This document shows positions 31,593-32,000 of a DNA stretch of 32,000 bases, one piece after another. Source of the stretch: Telmatocola sphagniphila (lineage in GTDB: Bacteria > Planctomycetota > Planctomycetia > Gemmatales > Gemmataceae); NCBI RefSeq assembly GCF_018398935.1, contig NZ_CP074694.1, positions 3,030,001-3,062,000 on the forward strand, read 5' to 3'. A program made the position numbers and the translations under genes. The notes below the pieces were generated by a model. It was given only the letters and a program-made list of their open reading frames with translations. It searched no databases and was not told where the DNA came from. Each line of letters begins with the position of its first letter. The first letter of the stretch is position 1.

Positions 31593-32000
31593 ATGAAGCG
31601 CGTTCTTTTATTTCTGCTCTCACTGAGTTTCTTCGAATCTCCCCTGATGGCTCAGAATCTCGACAGTTTCTACAAACTTGGCCCGGACTCCCTCGAAACC
31701 GAAGGCGTGCCCCACGGCAAAATCTCCGGCCCGTTCAAAGTGGAATGCAAAGTCTATCCCGGCACGGCCCACACTTATTGGGTCTACGTCCCCGCCCAGT
31801 ACGATCCAGCCAAACCGGCCAGCCTGATGATTTTCAACGACGGCCAGGCTTTTATGAACGAGAAAGGAGATATCCGGGCTCAAAATGTGATGGATAACCT
31901 TATCCATCGCCGAGAGATTCCGGTAATGATCGGCGTGTTCATCAATCCCGGCAAAAAACCCGAACAACCCGAGGCCAATCCTCGCGAGTGGGGAGACCGC
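31593..32000 (+). CDS. Secreted esterase-family (alpha/beta hydrolase, 'putative esterase'/enterochelin-esterase-like) protein, 3'-truncated by the window edge
   Basis: This gene is not in the ORF track because it has no stop in the window. From ATG 31593 I translated 136 open codons: [136 protein letters not shown]. It has a signal peptide plus the pattern Y.VYVPxxYD...PA.LM.F.DG......V.DNLI....IP..IGVFI.PG. Confidence 0.75.
   Translation, partial: MKRVLLFLLSLSFFESPLMAQNLDSFYKLGPDSLETEGVPHGKISGPFKVECKVYPGTAHTYWVYVPAQYDPAKPASLMIFNDGQAFMNEKGDIRAQNVMDNLIHRREIPVMIGVFINPGKKPEQPEANPREWGDR

Noticed and set aside
31556-31967. Track ORFs 31556-31897 (plus) and 31620-31967 (minus)
   Set aside because: A third frame starting at ATG 31593 is open to the window end and encodes a signal peptide plus esterase-family motifs. 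The two listed ORFs are therefore shadow frames.
1-32000. Mobile elements, prophage, defence islands (RM, TA, CBASS, Abi and similar) or secondary-metabolite clusters
   Set aside because: I recognised no transposase, integrase, recombinase, terminal inverted repeats, nuclease/ATPase defence signatures or PKS/NRPS-type genes in any frame. The only compositionally odd segment (29850-31560) lacks mobility genes.

Overview
This 32-kb chromosomal segment looks planctomycete-like. The basis is a DUF1559 prepilin-type protein, a DUF1080 hydrolase, a membrane Ser/Thr kinase, an ECF sigma/ZAS anti-sigma pair and GT-C-like membrane proteins. GC is roughly 52-58% in hand-counted 60-nt lines. I support 29 protein-coding genes, densely packed on both strands. 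Two are cut by the window edges, and one of those is missing from the supplied ORF track. In order they are: an SDR-like gene, carA, a DAC-domain (c-di-AMP cyclase-like) gene divergent from a Ser/Thr kinase, hisD-hisC-hisB plus a 72-aa ORF, efp, a zinc-ribbon membrane protein, a COG2509-type flavoprotein, MarR plus a membrane-anchored beta-propeller, a Tat-signal amidase, two tandem GT-C-like membrane proteins, VOC, DUF4956, DUF1080, a SUFU-like protein, an ECF sigma/anti-sigma/secreted-protein operon, a secreted beta-rich protein, a DUF1559 pseudopilin-like protein, a multi-TM TPR protein, a flavin amine oxidase, a low-GC hypothetical gene and a truncated esterase. I recognised no rRNA, tRNA, CRISPR array, transposase, integrase or phage gene. 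Non-coding features are a 22-bp tandem repeat, one convincing intrinsic terminator, several hairpins or inverted repeats, and one sigma70-like promoter candidate. I did not find a clear new multi-gene system, and the window reads mostly as ordinary chromosome. The items most worth a second look are: (1) a CdaZ/DacZ-like diadenylate cyclase homolog with RHR changed to RHA; (2) an EF-P whose loop tip carries neither the modifiable Lys nor Arg; (3) an SDR-fold protein whose catalytic Ser/Tyr positions appear substituted; (4) the ECF/ZAS/secreted-helical-protein module; (5) an orphan SUFU-like (immunity-type) gene behind a palindrome; (6) a low-GC gene with a pseudopilin-like C-terminus. All family calls come from reading motifs by eye. 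No database search was possible.
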